Below, in pieces: positions 1-9,828 of a stretch of DNA of 64,000 nt (the stretch's first letter is position 1; every line of letters starts with the position of its first letter). The translations under genes were made by a program, and so were the position numbers. Under the pieces are notes generated by a model that was not told the origin of the DNA, ran no database searches, and worked only from the letters and a program-made list of their open reading frames with translations. This DNA is from Candidatus Micrarchaeota archaeon (lineage in GTDB: Archaea > Micrarchaeota > Micrarchaeia > Micrarchaeales > Micrarchaeaceae), in contig DAHWRK010000001.1 in NCBI GenBank assembly GCA_027339055.1, forward strand, positions 6,289 to 70,288, written 5' to 3'.

Positions 1-1
1 A

Positions 2-1039
2 AACATGCTCACTGGCTGCGATTTGGTTTGGATGCCATGGACCATCAAATAATGGATCTGATTCAATTCTGTGTGCTATTTCTGCTGTAATGGAAGCCAG
101 TCCGTAAGCATAATTATAATCGCTCAGATTATACGGATATGATTCTGATTTGATTGATGCGGTGCCATTATCACCAAATTTATACGCCAAATCCAAGGCC
201 TTCAAAAGTATTTGTTTGTCGGTTTTTGGGTATCTTTCCAAAGGGTAATAAAACAAAATTGAATAAAACAGTTCATTACGGTCGCAACCACGGTCACACT
301 TGGAGCCAGAAGAGTCATTTAGATGGATATCATGCCCAGGTTGGTCTCTTAGCCAAAGCAGTTCATATGCTTTCAAACGGTCCATAGTGTTTAGAAGTTT
401 TAGCCTTTGTTCGTTGCTCCCATATTTAGCAATATAGTTTATTAGGTAAGTGTGCTCTATTGCCGTTTCATACCTTAGAGGGATTGGATGGCCTTCTCTA
501 CTCCACGAACCACCACCATACACTGCAACTTCCACTTGGTGTTTTTCATCAGCCTTTAGCACTGATGCGTCTTGTAACCAATCCAGAAAATCTGAAACAA
601 GACTAAAGCCGGTTTTGGATGTAAATAGGGAATAAGCTAATTTTTCTTCCTCTCCAGAATTAAGTATTTTAGAATCTGCTGGATTATCCACTTTTTTTAT
701 GCATTCCCATAATTTTTTAATCATCGCTTTGTTATTTATCTTTATAAACATAGGTGCAGTCGCTTTCAGCAAATCTGGAGCCTTTGAGGTTATAACATCT
801 AAAAGCTTTGATTGCACCTCTTCGGATACGGTAGTAAGAAGTATTTCGTATACTTTTTTGCCTCCGTAGCTGATTTCAAGCAAATCTTTGACATTGTAAA
901 AATTTAAAAATTCCAACTTTTGTTCTGTCGACCATGAGCTTGCTGGCAGGTCTACTGAATTTTTTTGCGCATCTGATATATACCCTGTTTGATTTTTATC
1001 ATTCTGTTTTTTATCCAAAGATTTGTCAACGGAAACCAT
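2..1039 (-). CDS. hypothetical protein, more than 346 aa, truncated by the window edge
   Basis: Translated by hand. ATG at 1039 (MVSVDKSLDKKQNDK...) stays open to the left edge with no stop. GTGA SD-like motif upstream. AT-rich. Absent from the ORF track because no stop codon lies in the window. Confidence 0.8.
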   Translation of the reverse strand, partial: MVSVDKSLDKKQNDKNQTGYISDAQKNSVDLPASSWSTEQKLEFLNFYNVKDLLEISYGGKKVYEILLTTVSEEVQSKLLDVITSKAPDLLKATAPMFIKINNKAMIKKLWECIKKVDNPADSKILNSGEEEKLAYSLFTSKTGFSLVSDFLDWLQDASVLKADEKHQVEVAVYGGGSWSREGHPIPLRYETAIEHTYLINYIAKYGSNEQRLKLLNTMDRLKAYELLWLRDQPGHDIHLNDSSGSKCDRGCDRNELFYSILFYYPLERYPKTDKQILLKALDLAYKFGDNGTASIKSESYPYNLSDYNYAYGLASITAEIAHRIESDPLFDGPWHPNQIAASEHV

Positions 1040-1251
1040 ATAATCACTTTGTAGTAAATATTATTAAAATCGGCCAAATATATAGCCTTTTACCATAACT
1101 TATTTAGATAGCGTAAATTATTGACAAAATTTCGTTTTTAGGAAGTTTAGGCTCTTGTCCAAAATGCCTTTTTGCCGGAAATTTACCCCGAATAAACCCA
1201 GAAACAGAATAGCTTTTTCTAGTGGCAAAATCGCTATAGTTAAACGCCATA

Positions 1252-1605
1252 TTAAAAAGAAAGTTTCGAAAGCTGCCCGTCCATCTCTACCGCAACGCTG
1301 CAGTTTTTGTCTCTGCAAAATGGGCGCGACCATTTGAGCAGCGGCAGGGCCGCCTTGTCCAGATCGCTGCCCTTGCTCATAATAACATAGCGTATTGAAT
1401 CGTTATCCTTGCGTATAAGCCCATTGCGCTCCATCAGCTTTAATACGTCAGCAAGGCCCTTTGGGCTTATTGGAGAGAGCCTTTCCAGGAGCTGGTTGTA
1501 TCTAGAAGGGCCATAAACTGCTATGCTGTTGAGTGCCAGGAGAAGCCATTTCTTTGATACCAATGCCAATGCATCCTGTGCAGAGCATGAGCTTGAGCTT
1601 TTCAT
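1252..1605 (-). CDS. HxlR-family winged-helix transcriptional regulator
   Basis: C-S-A-Q-D-A-L-A-L-V-S-K-K-W, RYNQL and ISPKGLADVLKLMERNGLI fit the HxlR pattern. SD GGTG-N5-ATG. Divergent from the mer cluster. Confidence 0.85.
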   Translation of the reverse strand: MKSSSSCSAQDALALVSKKWLLLALNSIAVYGPSRYNQLLERLSPISPKGLADVLKLMERNGLIRKDNDSIRYVIMSKGSDLDKAALPLLKWSRPFCRDKNCSVAVEMDGQLSKLSF

Positions 1606-1618
1606 TAAACCACCTTAC

Positions 1619-1650
1619 ACTTTATAACTATAAAGTTTATAGTTTAAATA
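1619..1650. promoter_or_regulatory. overlapping inverted repeats (putative operator) abutting a TATA box
   Basis: ACTTTATA-AC-TATAAAGT (1619-1636) and AACTATAAA-G-TTTATAGTT (1626-1644), followed by TTTAAATA (1643-1650), between the divergent genes. Confidence 0.55.
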
Positions 1651-1681
1651 CTTTATCTGTTCTTATATAGCAATAGATTGC

Positions 1682-2200
1682 ATGAATGGCTATGCGCAAG
1701 AAAGCGGTTTTGAAACTTATGGTGGCACAGCCGCAATCCTTAAGGCGCTTAAAATAAGGTTCTTGATATTCTTCATAGCGATGTTCGTATTTTACTACGC
1801 GATTTTCTCGTATTTCAGTTTCGGGCTTGTCCTTTTTGGAACAGTGTATTATTTCTATTATATATTGGCTTCTTCTCTTGCACTTTCGATACTAGGGGCT
1901 TTGTCAATAGTCATTGGGCTCTATTCCCAAAAAACAGCTAGAGGCAACGCGAGGGGCAACAAGACCGGAATATACGCTTTTGTAGTAAGCCTCGTGCCCT
2001 CAACCATGTGCTGCACTCCGGTTATACCATCTATCCTTGTTGCAGTTTTTGGATCCGGAGGCATTGCACTTGCTTCTGGTACTATACAGGGAGCACTTTC
2101 GAATTTCAGCCCGGTTTTCATCGTAATGGCAGCATTACTGCTTTATTATTCAATCCATGTCTCGTTGAAGAGGATAAAGAAACCTTCGTGTGAATGTTAG
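1682..2200 (+). CDS. multi-pass membrane protein with a Cys-Cys pair, putative Hg/heavy-metal transporter
   Basis: About 4 hydrophobic segments, a TMCCTP motif and C-terminal KPSCEC. First gene of the merA operon. Confidence 0.6.
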   Translation: MNGYAQESGFETYGGTAAILKALKIRFLIFFIAMFVFYYAIFSYFSFGLVLFGTVYYFYYILASSLALSILGALSIVIGLYSQKTARGNARGNKTGIYAFVVSLVPSTMCCTPVIPSILVAVFGSGGIALASGTIQGALSNFSPVFIVMAALLLYYSIHVSLKRIKKPSCEC

Positions 2201-2211
2201 CTGGTGAAAAA

Positions 2212-2784
2212 ATGCAAAAAAAGAGAATTATCTATGTATTTGCGGCAATATTAATTGCAATTGCTCTTGTATATTTCTTTGGGATAAATCGGAGCTCAGG
2301 AGCTTCGCAGTCGTTTATGCCGGCAGTTGGTGCAAAGGCTCCGGATTATTCTTTCATATATGCTTCTAACGGGACTGTGGCCAATGTCTCGTCTTTAGAA
2401 GGCAAGCCTGTCCTTCTTTGGTTTGTCGCAACGTGGTGCAGCGGATGCGCAGTGGGAAACGAAATGCTAAATAACAACATCAGCTACTTCAAAAATAAAG
2501 GCATAAATGTAATCGAAATTGAGCTTTACAGAGACCTGGGTTATAGTGGAGCACCCATAAACACATTCGTAAATGATTATGCGCCAAATGTGACTTCCTA
2601 CAGCAACTTCAGAAGCGCCATTTCAGGTTATAACTTATCTCTCACATACGACAAAGACGGTTATCTTGACATATATTATTTAATAGGGCCAAATGGAAAG
2701 ATAGTTTATGAGAATGACGGCAGCCTTGCAGCCACGATGAAAAATCTTAAAAGTAGAATAAACTCTTTATCTGGCTCATTATGA
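2212..2784 (+). CDS. membrane-anchored exported thioredoxin-fold (TlpA/redoxin-like) protein
   Basis: N-terminal TM helix, GAKAPDYSF and GKPVLLWFVATWCSGC. SD GGTG-N5-ATG at 2212. Confidence 0.8.
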   Translation: MQKKRIIYVFAAILIAIALVYFFGINRSSGASQSFMPAVGAKAPDYSFIYASNGTVANVSSLEGKPVLLWFVATWCSGCAVGNEMLNNNISYFKNKGINVIEIELYRDLGYSGAPINTFVNDYAPNVTSYSNFRSAISGYNLSLTYDKDGYLDIYYLIGPNGKIVYENDGSLAATMKNLKSRINSLSGSL

Positions 2785-2801
2785 TAAAACAGGTTTTATA
2801 A

Positions 2802-4214
2802 ATGGAAAAATTCGACTATGCGATAATAGGACAAGGAGCTGCAGCTTTCGCAGCAGCGATAAAAGCCAACGAGCTTGGCAAAAGCACAATAATGATAGGT
2901 AAAAATGCCACAGAAGGAGCAACGCTTGGAGGCACGTGCGTGAATGTCGGATGCGTGCCCAGCAAGCGCATGATAACAGTAGGAAGGTTCGTTAGGGAAC
3001 TTAGGACCAAGCGCTTTGGAGGTTTGGATTACAGGCTTGGCAGCTTGAAATACAATGAAATAGTCCAGGAAAAAGACGATCTGATAAAGGAATTCCACGA
3101 ATCCAAATACGCGGATGTTATCGATTCACTTGAAAAGGTCACATATTTGAACGAGTTCGGCTCAATAGAGGGAGCCAACCATATAAGAGCAGGATCAAAG
3201 GAAATAGAGGCAGACAGGATATTGATAGCAACAGGGGCAAGGTCATTTGTACCTAAAGTACAGGGCATGGACAAAGTAAAATACCTAGACAACGAAAGCG
3301 CCTTGTCGCTTAAGGAGCTCCCGGAAAGCATGATAGTAGTTGGAGGAAGAGCCGTAGGATTGGAATTTGCACAGATGTTCTCGATGTTCGGGACCAAGGT
3401 TACGGTATTGCAAAGGAGCCAGACGATACTCCCGAATTGGGAGCCGACAGTCTCAAAGCATTTGGAAAAATACTTGAGGGAAGATGGAATAGAGATAAAA
3501 ACCAATGTGGAAATAAAATCGGTTGCGGAGAGCAACGGCAAAACCGAAGTTAAGGCTTTGGTTAATGGAAAAGAGGAAAACATAGCCGCTGACAAATTGC
3601 TCATAGCAACCGGAAGGACCCCAAATACAGAAAAGCTGGGCCTGAAAAACGTCGGAGTAGAAACTGATGAAAAAGGCTTCATAAAAATAGACAGGATCCT
3701 GCAGACTAACATTAAGGGCATTTACGCAGCAGGAGACGTTACAGGAAATCCAATGCTTGAAACGCTTGCATCCAAAGAGGGAAATATAGCTACGCAGAAT
3801 ATGTTTGGAAGCAAAAAGCTGATAGATTTGAACGAAGTTCCCAGCGCAGTGTTTACAGAGCCAGAAGCGGCAATGGTTGGCAAAACCGAAGAACAGGTGA
3901 TAAAGGACCTCAATAATTGCGGCTGCAACGCGCTTCCAATAGCATTTGTACCGAAGTCAAAAATAATATCCGACACGAGGGGTGTCATAAAAGTAGTGAT
4001 AAACCCGAAAACCCATGAAATACTTGGAGTGCACATGCTCGGGCACGGAGCCGCAGACCTAATACATGAAGCAGTGATGGCAGTAAAGTTCCACCTGAAA
4101 TTAGAAGATGTAATAGACACTGTACACGTATTCCCAACCATGAGCGAGGGATTCAAGCTCGCATGCCAATCCTTTTTCGCAGACATATCGAAGCAGAGCT
4201 GCTGCACAGTATAG
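2802..4214 (+). CDS. merA: mercuric reductase
   Basis: GGTCVNVGCVPSK redox motif, FAD and NAD(P) folds, HVFPTMSE and C-terminal SCC pair. No N-terminal NmerA domain. Confidence 0.93.
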   Translation: MEKFDYAIIGQGAAAFAAAIKANELGKSTIMIGKNATEGATLGGTCVNVGCVPSKRMITVGRFVRELRTKRFGGLDYRLGSLKYNEIVQEKDDLIKEFHESKYADVIDSLEKVTYLNEFGSIEGANHIRAGSKEIEADRILIATGARSFVPKVQGMDKVKYLDNESALSLKELPESMIVVGGRAVGLEFAQMFSMFGTKVTVLQRSQTILPNWEPTVSKHLEKYLREDGIEIKTNVEIKSVAESNGKTEVKALVNGKEENIAADKLLIATGRTPNTEKLGLKNVGVETDEKGFIKIDRILQTNIKGIYAAGDVTGNPMLETLASKEGNIATQNMFGSKKLIDLNEVPSAVFTEPEAAMVGKTEEQVIKDLNNCGCNALPIAFVPKSKIISDTRGVIKVVINPKTHEILGVHMLGHGAADLIHEAVMAVKFHLKLEDVIDTVHVFPTMSEGFKLACQSFFADISKQSCCTV

Positions 4215-4274
4215 CTTATCCAAAGCTGCATGGAATTAATTTATACTTTGACTGCTAAAATTGGCTGTGATTAC

Positions 4275-5489
4275 ATGGAGGGGAATAAAAGCAGCCTTAT
4301 TTCGATTATAGAAAAATACAAAGACGACATGGTAAGCACCATGTCAAAAATGGTTTCGATACCTTCGATTTCCCCAATGAGCGATGGAAAAGGAGAAGGA
4401 GCAAGGGCAGACTTCCTTGAAGGAAAGCTCAAGGAATGGGGATTTGAAGTCAAAAGGTATGATTATGTCGACGAGACAAACACCAAGAGGCCAAATCTTG
4501 TGGCCAAGCAGGGAAACAATGAAAGAACCGTGTGGTTTGTGGCACACATGGACACCGTTGCTCCTGGCGACAGGTCGTTGTGGCTTACAGACCCTTTCAA
4601 AGCCGAGATAAAAGATGGCAGAATTTACGGAAGGGGAACCAATGACAATGGGCAGGACTTGATAGCGTCGATATACGCACTTAGGGCGATTAAGGAATTT
4701 GGAAGCGATACGACTTTCAATATGGGCGTTGCGTTGGTAGCGGACGAGGAGCTTGGAAGCAGGTACGGGATACAGCAGCTCCTGCAGGAGCAGGGAATAT
4801 TCGGCGATAATGATATGTTTGTAGTTCCTGATTACCTGAGCGAAGGAGGAAGCATGGTGGAGATAGCAGAGAAGGGCTCCCTTTGGCTCAAGATAAAAGT
4901 GAACGGCAAGCAGGTGCACGCAAGCACGCCGGCGCTCGGAGTCAACGCAAACAGGAATGCCTCAAAGCTCATAACAAAGATAGACGAGATGCTGCACCAG
5001 AAATACAACGCAACGGATAACATTTATCAGCCACCTTATTCGACCTTTGAGCCTACGAAGAGGGAGAAAAACGTAGACAGCGTGAATATAGTCCCTGGTT
5101 CTGACATTTTCTATTTTGACTGCAGGGTGCTTCCTACGTACAAGCTGGACGATGTGCTTAACGACGTAAAGAGCGTCTGCAATTCTGACGATTTCAAAGC
5201 GGTTAAGATAGAGATAGAAACATTCAGCAGGGAGGATCCGGCAGAGCCTACAAGCATGGATTCGGATGTGGTAAAAAGGCTGCTCAAGAGCATAAAAGAG
5301 GTTATGAATGTGGATGCGAAGCCCATGGGCGTAGGCGGAGGCACGTGCGCAGCATTCTTCAGGCACAAGGGATTTCCTGCAGTTGCATGGGGCACTGAAG
5401 CCGAAGATATGGCACACCAGCCGAATGAATATTGCAGAATAGACGATATGGTAAACGATGCGAAGGTATTCGCCAACATGTGCCTATGA
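4275..5489 (+). CDS. M20 family metallohydrolase (ArgE/DapE-like)
   Basis: AHMDTV, GRGTNDN, ADEE, AEKG and AHQPNE motifs. Start refined to the ATG at 4275. Confidence 0.9.
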   Translation: MEGNKSSLISIIEKYKDDMVSTMSKMVSIPSISPMSDGKGEGARADFLEGKLKEWGFEVKRYDYVDETNTKRPNLVAKQGNNERTVWFVAHMDTVAPGDRSLWLTDPFKAEIKDGRIYGRGTNDNGQDLIASIYALRAIKEFGSDTTFNMGVALVADEELGSRYGIQQLLQEQGIFGDNDMFVVPDYLSEGGSMVEIAEKGSLWLKIKVNGKQVHASTPALGVNANRNASKLITKIDEMLHQKYNATDNIYQPPYSTFEPTKREKNVDSVNIVPGSDIFYFDCRVLPTYKLDDVLNDVKSVCNSDDFKAVKIEIETFSREDPAEPTSMDSDVVKRLLKSIKEVMNVDAKPMGVGGGTCAAFFRHKGFPAVAWGTEAEDMAHQPNEYCRIDDMVNDAKVFANMCL

Positions 5490-5513
5490 ATTGCCTTGTA
5501 TTGGGATGCTGCC

Positions 5514-8192
5514 TTATCTTATAAGCATTCCCTGGGCTATGCGCTTCGAGCCTCCGCCCTTGAACTCCTTGGCCTTGAGCTTAGTTAGGCTTGACTTGAG
5601 GAACTCGCTTGCGTCCTTTCCCGAATCGTTTCCGGATATGCAGACAACGTTTCCAGATTTGTTGTAGAGCAGTATTATCCTTGACGCGTCCGCATCGACA
5701 ACCTTCGTAGCTATCTGCCTGAGCATATCCATCTCGTAATCCAGCTCTTCTATTATCGATTTCTCCTTTGAAGACAAAAACTTTTCTGCCGCTTGCGATG
5801 CGTCGGTTGATTTCATTGATTCGACCATTCTTTTGTATTCCGAGAGCTGCTTCGACATCTGTGACAATGCGCCGGTTAGCTTCTCGCTGTCCGTGCCGGC
5901 AATTCTCGCGGCTTCTGAAAGTTTTTCCTCTGTTGAATTTATGTACTTGTACGATGCAAGGCCGGCTACATATTCTAGCCTGTCTATCCCGTCGTGTATC
6001 CTCTGCGAGCCCATTATTTTTATTGTGCCTATTATTGATTCAATGCCCATGGCGTGTATGCCTCCGCATGCCTCCGCGTCTATCAGGCTGCCGTCCATGC
6101 CAGTTATTTCCACAATCCTCGGTTTAGCTACTGGGACTCCGTGCCCCTGGTATATCGAAAACCCGAATTTTGATTCAGCTTCACTCCTGTCCATCTCCTG
6201 TATTTTTACCCTTATCCCGTTCTGCAGGTAGGAATTTGCCGTGGCCTCTATGTCTTTTATCTGCCTGTCGCTAAGCTTTTCGTAATGCGCTATGTCTATA
6301 TGCGCTTTAGTGACGCCCTTATGCGCGCCTTCCTGCCATGCGTGCTTTCCCAGGACGCTCCTTGATGCCGCGCTTATAAGGTGTGTTGCTGTATGGTGCG
6401 CTATGAGCTGCATCCTTCTTTTTCTGTCGACCGCGCAATGCACTTTTGAACCTGCCTTGAAATCTGGCTTTCCATCCAGCAGATGTATTATCACTCCGTT
6501 CTGCGACTGCACGTCCTTGACTTTTATCCCATTTATGGTGCCGTGGTCTGCTTCCTGGCCGCCGCTTTCGGCGTAGAATGGCGTCTTGTCCAAAACCACC
6601 ATATCGGAACTGCACAAAAGCACCTTAGAATCGGATTCAAGTGCGAAGTCGTAGAAAAGCTTCTCCGTTTTCTTGATCCCAGAAATGTCCAAATCGAAAC
6701 GTTCTTTCTTCTTGGCCTTTTCCGTGAAGTCTCCCTTGATTATGCTTGAATATGAGCTTTCCGGGAGCTCAAGGGTAATGCCCTTGGACGCCGCTACGCT
6801 GTTTATCAGATCCGGGGTTACGCCGTTGCTCTCGTAGAGCACCCTCATTTTTTCAGGAGTTATCTTCTCGTGCTTTTCTATTATGGTGCTTATTGTCTTT
6901 ATTGCCGATACCCTAGTATTCTCGTAGCGCTCCTTCTCCACTCTTATGATGTCTTCTAGCTCGTCTATGCTGCCGGATAGCTCTGGATACATGTGGGACA
7001 TTGATTTGGCAATTATCTCCATGAGCTCTCCCATGTCAAAATCCATGCGGTACCTTGATCTGAAATCGAATATTCTCCTAAGTATTATCCTTAGGTTGTA
7101 GCCGCCGCCAACGTTGCTTGGCAGTGCGCCGTCCGTTATGGCGAACAGCAGTGTTTTTGCATGGTCCGCTATTGCGTATGCGGCTTGCATGGGCTTTATT
7201 ATTGTGTTGTAGTCCGATGCGCTTATGCCTGCCGCTTCTACGGCCTTGAGCTCTACATCTTCAAAGGACTTGGTTTCGCTCAGGTCTATTCTTCCGAACT
7301 GCCCTGCAACCTTCGAATAGAGTGCCCTGTCAGGGGTTATGCCGCTCTTCTTGTATATATAAGCGAGTGCGTCTTTGAATACTGGATCGTATGCGGTTTG
7401 GGCACCGCTCTTGAACCAGACCAGCCTTTCCAGACCCCAGCCCACATCCACCACTTTACCGGATAGCTCACGCCTCACTCCGTCTGCATATTCGAACTGG
7501 GTAAATACATTGTTTACCATTTCGAGGCCGCCGGAAAAAGCTTCCAGGCTTGGCCCGAATTCCGAGAAATCGCCCATAGCCCATACATCTTCGACATATG
7601 TTATGTCCTTCTTTTTTACTCCGACTATTTTCGTCAGGGCATCGTAGTTCAGCTCTATGGTTCTATCCCTCCAGTAGCCTTCCTTGGGATAATTAAAAGC
7701 AGTCTGGCCCGCCATTATGAAAGACGTGAAATGCCTTCCGGTGACTCCGGTGTTAGGTATGTCGTTGAATCTCAGGCACATTTGAGGCACGAGAAGCGGA
7801 TTGGAGCTGTATTCGAAGCTCATGTTTCCGTTCTCTATCCTTTGAAAATCCTGTATGCTGGCTATTGTGAAATAAAGGTCTTGCCGCCACCTGCTGACCA
7901 CTGGGTACCTCTCTATCACCGCATGCCCGTTGTTCTCGAAGAATTTTGCGAACTTCGACCAAAATTGTTCTAGCGATATGTCTTCAGGGTCCTTTTTCAT
8001 GAAGCTGTACCCTTCATGCTCAGAATCTCCGCAATATTCCCTCGATTCGTCAGAAGTCCAAAAAAATTTCCCGCAGCCTGTGCAGCGTTTGCGCACGAAG
8101 CCTTCGCTTTCGAAGAGCTTGGTTTTGTAGTATAAATCCGGCTTTACGGAAAATTCTTTCCTTAAGGATTCCTTGTCAAGCATGTCGATCAC
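5514..8192 (-). CDS. alaS: alanyl-tRNA synthetase (archaeal type)
   Basis: TIASIQDFQ, GRHFTSF, VDVGWGLER, HTATH editing motif, CGGIH, C-terminal GGGS. True start may be the ATG at 8183. Confidence 0.97.
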   Translation of the reverse strand: MIDMLDKESLRKEFSVKPDLYYKTKLFESEGFVRKRCTGCGKFFWTSDESREYCGDSEHEGYSFMKKDPEDISLEQFWSKFAKFFENNGHAVIERYPVVSRWRQDLYFTIASIQDFQRIENGNMSFEYSSNPLLVPQMCLRFNDIPNTGVTGRHFTSFIMAGQTAFNYPKEGYWRDRTIELNYDALTKIVGVKKKDITYVEDVWAMGDFSEFGPSLEAFSGGLEMVNNVFTQFEYADGVRRELSGKVVDVGWGLERLVWFKSGAQTAYDPVFKDALAYIYKKSGITPDRALYSKVAGQFGRIDLSETKSFEDVELKAVEAAGISASDYNTIIKPMQAAYAIADHAKTLLFAITDGALPSNVGGGYNLRIILRRIFDFRSRYRMDFDMGELMEIIAKSMSHMYPELSGSIDELEDIIRVEKERYENTRVSAIKTISTIIEKHEKITPEKMRVLYESNGVTPDLINSVAASKGITLELPESSYSSIIKGDFTEKAKKKERFDLDISGIKKTEKLFYDFALESDSKVLLCSSDMVVLDKTPFYAESGGQEADHGTINGIKVKDVQSQNGVIIHLLDGKPDFKAGSKVHCAVDRKRRMQLIAHHTATHLISAASRSVLGKHAWQEGAHKGVTKAHIDIAHYEKLSDRQIKDIEATANSYLQNGIRVKIQEMDRSEAESKFGFSIYQGHGVPVAKPRIVEITGMDGSLIDAEACGGIHAMGIESIIGTIKIMGSQRIHDGIDRLEYVAGLASYKYINSTEEKLSEAARIAGTDSEKLTGALSQMSKQLSEYKRMVESMKSTDASQAAEKFLSSKEKSIIEELDYEMDMLRQIATKVVDADASRIILLYNKSGNVVCISGNDSGKDASEFLKSSLTKLKAKEFKGGGSKRIAQGMLIR

Positions 8193-9086
8193 TCACAGCG
8201 TTTTTTGTGCGAACCACACCTTGCATTCCTTGCCGAAGAATGCACAGTAATCGCATTTCCATTTCTCTTCGTAGGGAACCGGGAGCGCCTCCCTTTCTCC
8301 GCTCCAATATTTAAGCGCGAAATTTATCGTGCCTTCGAATTCTTCTTCTGGCACTTTGAATTTGTAGTTGTCTATTTTCTGACCGGTGTACTGGTTTATG
8401 TACCTTATAACCAACGTTTCGCTGAGATGGCCTATTCCCCTGTATAATTTGAAGAACTTGCCAGTTATTTCTGGCAGAGTCTGCATGTTCTTGGGGATTT
8501 TGAGGGCGTCAAGCTGCCTTTCAAACTCTTTTGTAACGCTGAGCCTGTGTACCCCATATTCCTTTGAAAAAACGTCTTCGTTGTACGCTCCGGATATTAT
8601 GTCTCCCAGAAGCTTCTTGTAAAGTATGACTTGGGCCTTGTGCGATTTTAGCTGCGCATCGGATGGAAGCTTGTCTGTTGCCCTGGTCTTGTCTTCGACT
8701 ATTACGACATTTCCGCCGGATATGAGAAGTTCGTCCATCTTCCCGACAATCCTGTATTTGCCCATGTTTCCGTAAAGGAGAAGTTCCCTTGACTTCTTGT
8801 TTTTCTTCAACGTTTCGAGAGCTTCGCACGTGGTGTACAGGCTTTTGTACATAAAGTCTGCATAACTCTTCGTCTGGAGAACTATTGGAATGTTGGTCTC
8901 GTTCTCCATCTCCTCGTGTATCTCCTTCCCTTTCATTATTTCCTTTGTTATTGACGGGCCTATGAGGTAGTTGAGTTCCATTTGCTTCTCGCACCAGTAT
9001 TGCGCCGCTATATCGGTAGCGCGAATACTTTTCTTGCCAAGTCTTTGCAATGCATCCAATAAATCAGCCCGCCTACCTCTCTTCAT
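8193..9086 (-). CDS. Exonuclease V (Exo5)/Cas4-like PD-(D/E)xK nuclease with an Fe-S cluster
   Basis: ATDIAAQYWCEKQMEL, GKEIHEEME, GKMDEL...VEDKT, QVILY and C-terminal KCDYCAFFGKEC. Confidence 0.8.
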   Translation of the reverse strand: MKRGRRADLLDALQRLGKKSIRATDIAAQYWCEKQMELNYLIGPSITKEIMKGKEIHEEMENETNIPIVLQTKSYADFMYKSLYTTCEALETLKKNKKSRELLLYGNMGKYRIVGKMDELLISGGNVVIVEDKTRATDKLPSDAQLKSHKAQVILYKKLLGDIISGAYNEDVFSKEYGVHRLSVTKEFERQLDALKIPKNMQTLPEITGKFFKLYRGIGHLSETLVIRYINQYTGQKIDNYKFKVPEEEFEGTINFALKYWSGEREALPVPYEEKWKCDYCAFFGKECKVWFAQKTL

Positions 9087-9165
9087 AGCCTTAGCTCAGC
9101 GATTACCTCATTCATCATATGCTATGAATTGCATTATAGGTTATAAATAAGTTATGTGGTTAAAA

Positions 9166-9783
9166 TTATTTTTGCCTTGTCATCCTTGACATTGCAACCC
9201 TGTATATCGCGTAAAGCGCTATTGCGAAAACGCCTATGGCAGTAAGAGTTATTACTGCATTGTGCGTAGTAAGGGCCTTCATCCCGAATATTATGAGCAC
9301 TATGTCGTATATCCCGGTTCCGAGTATGGAATAGGAATAGAACTTTTTCTGTGGCATTTTGGCGAACCCTGCCGGAAGGCTCATTATGGTCCTTAGCACA
9401 GGTATGAAGCGAGTAAAGAAGACCGAGGCCACACCGTTCTTGTCGAACCAACTGTCGAAAGCATCAAGCTGCTCCTGGCTTATGTGAAATAGCTTCAGGT
9501 GCTTGTACACCACGTCCTTCCCTAGGAAATATCCTATGTAGTAGTCTATTGCAAGGCCGCCTATGCTGCCGAGCAGCGCGGCTATGTAAACCGGTATGAA
9601 GGAGAGGGTGTGCTGCGCGACCAGAACACCGGCAAGGGGGAGAACCACCTCGCTAGGCACCGGCAGCGATGAGCCCTCCAGAAGCATCAATCCGAATATG
9701 GCAAGGTAACCGTATTGTGCCATCAGGGTGTTTATAGTGCCGTATGCGTTTGAGAGTATTGATAACAAAACCAGTCCAAGCAT
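9166..9783 (-). CDS. DedA family membrane protein
   Basis: LEGSSLPVPSEVVLPLAG and FTRFIPVLRTIMSLPAG motifs. Confidence 0.92.
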   Translation of the reverse strand: MLGLVLLSILSNAYGTINTLMAQYGYLAIFGLMLLEGSSLPVPSEVVLPLAGVLVAQHTLSFIPVYIAALLGSIGGLAIDYYIGYFLGKDVVYKHLKLFHISQEQLDAFDSWFDKNGVASVFFTRFIPVLRTIMSLPAGFAKMPQKKFYSYSILGTGIYDIVLIIFGMKALTTHNAVITLTAIGVFAIALYAIYRVAMSRMTRQK

Positions 9784-9828
9784 TTGAATCCATACTGTTT
9801 TTGCTGTTTAATTTAAAAATCTGCTTCA

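Noticed and set aside
8193-9086. CRISPR-Cas locus suggested by the Cas4-like gene
   Set aside because: I saw no other cas genes or direct-repeat arrays in the window.
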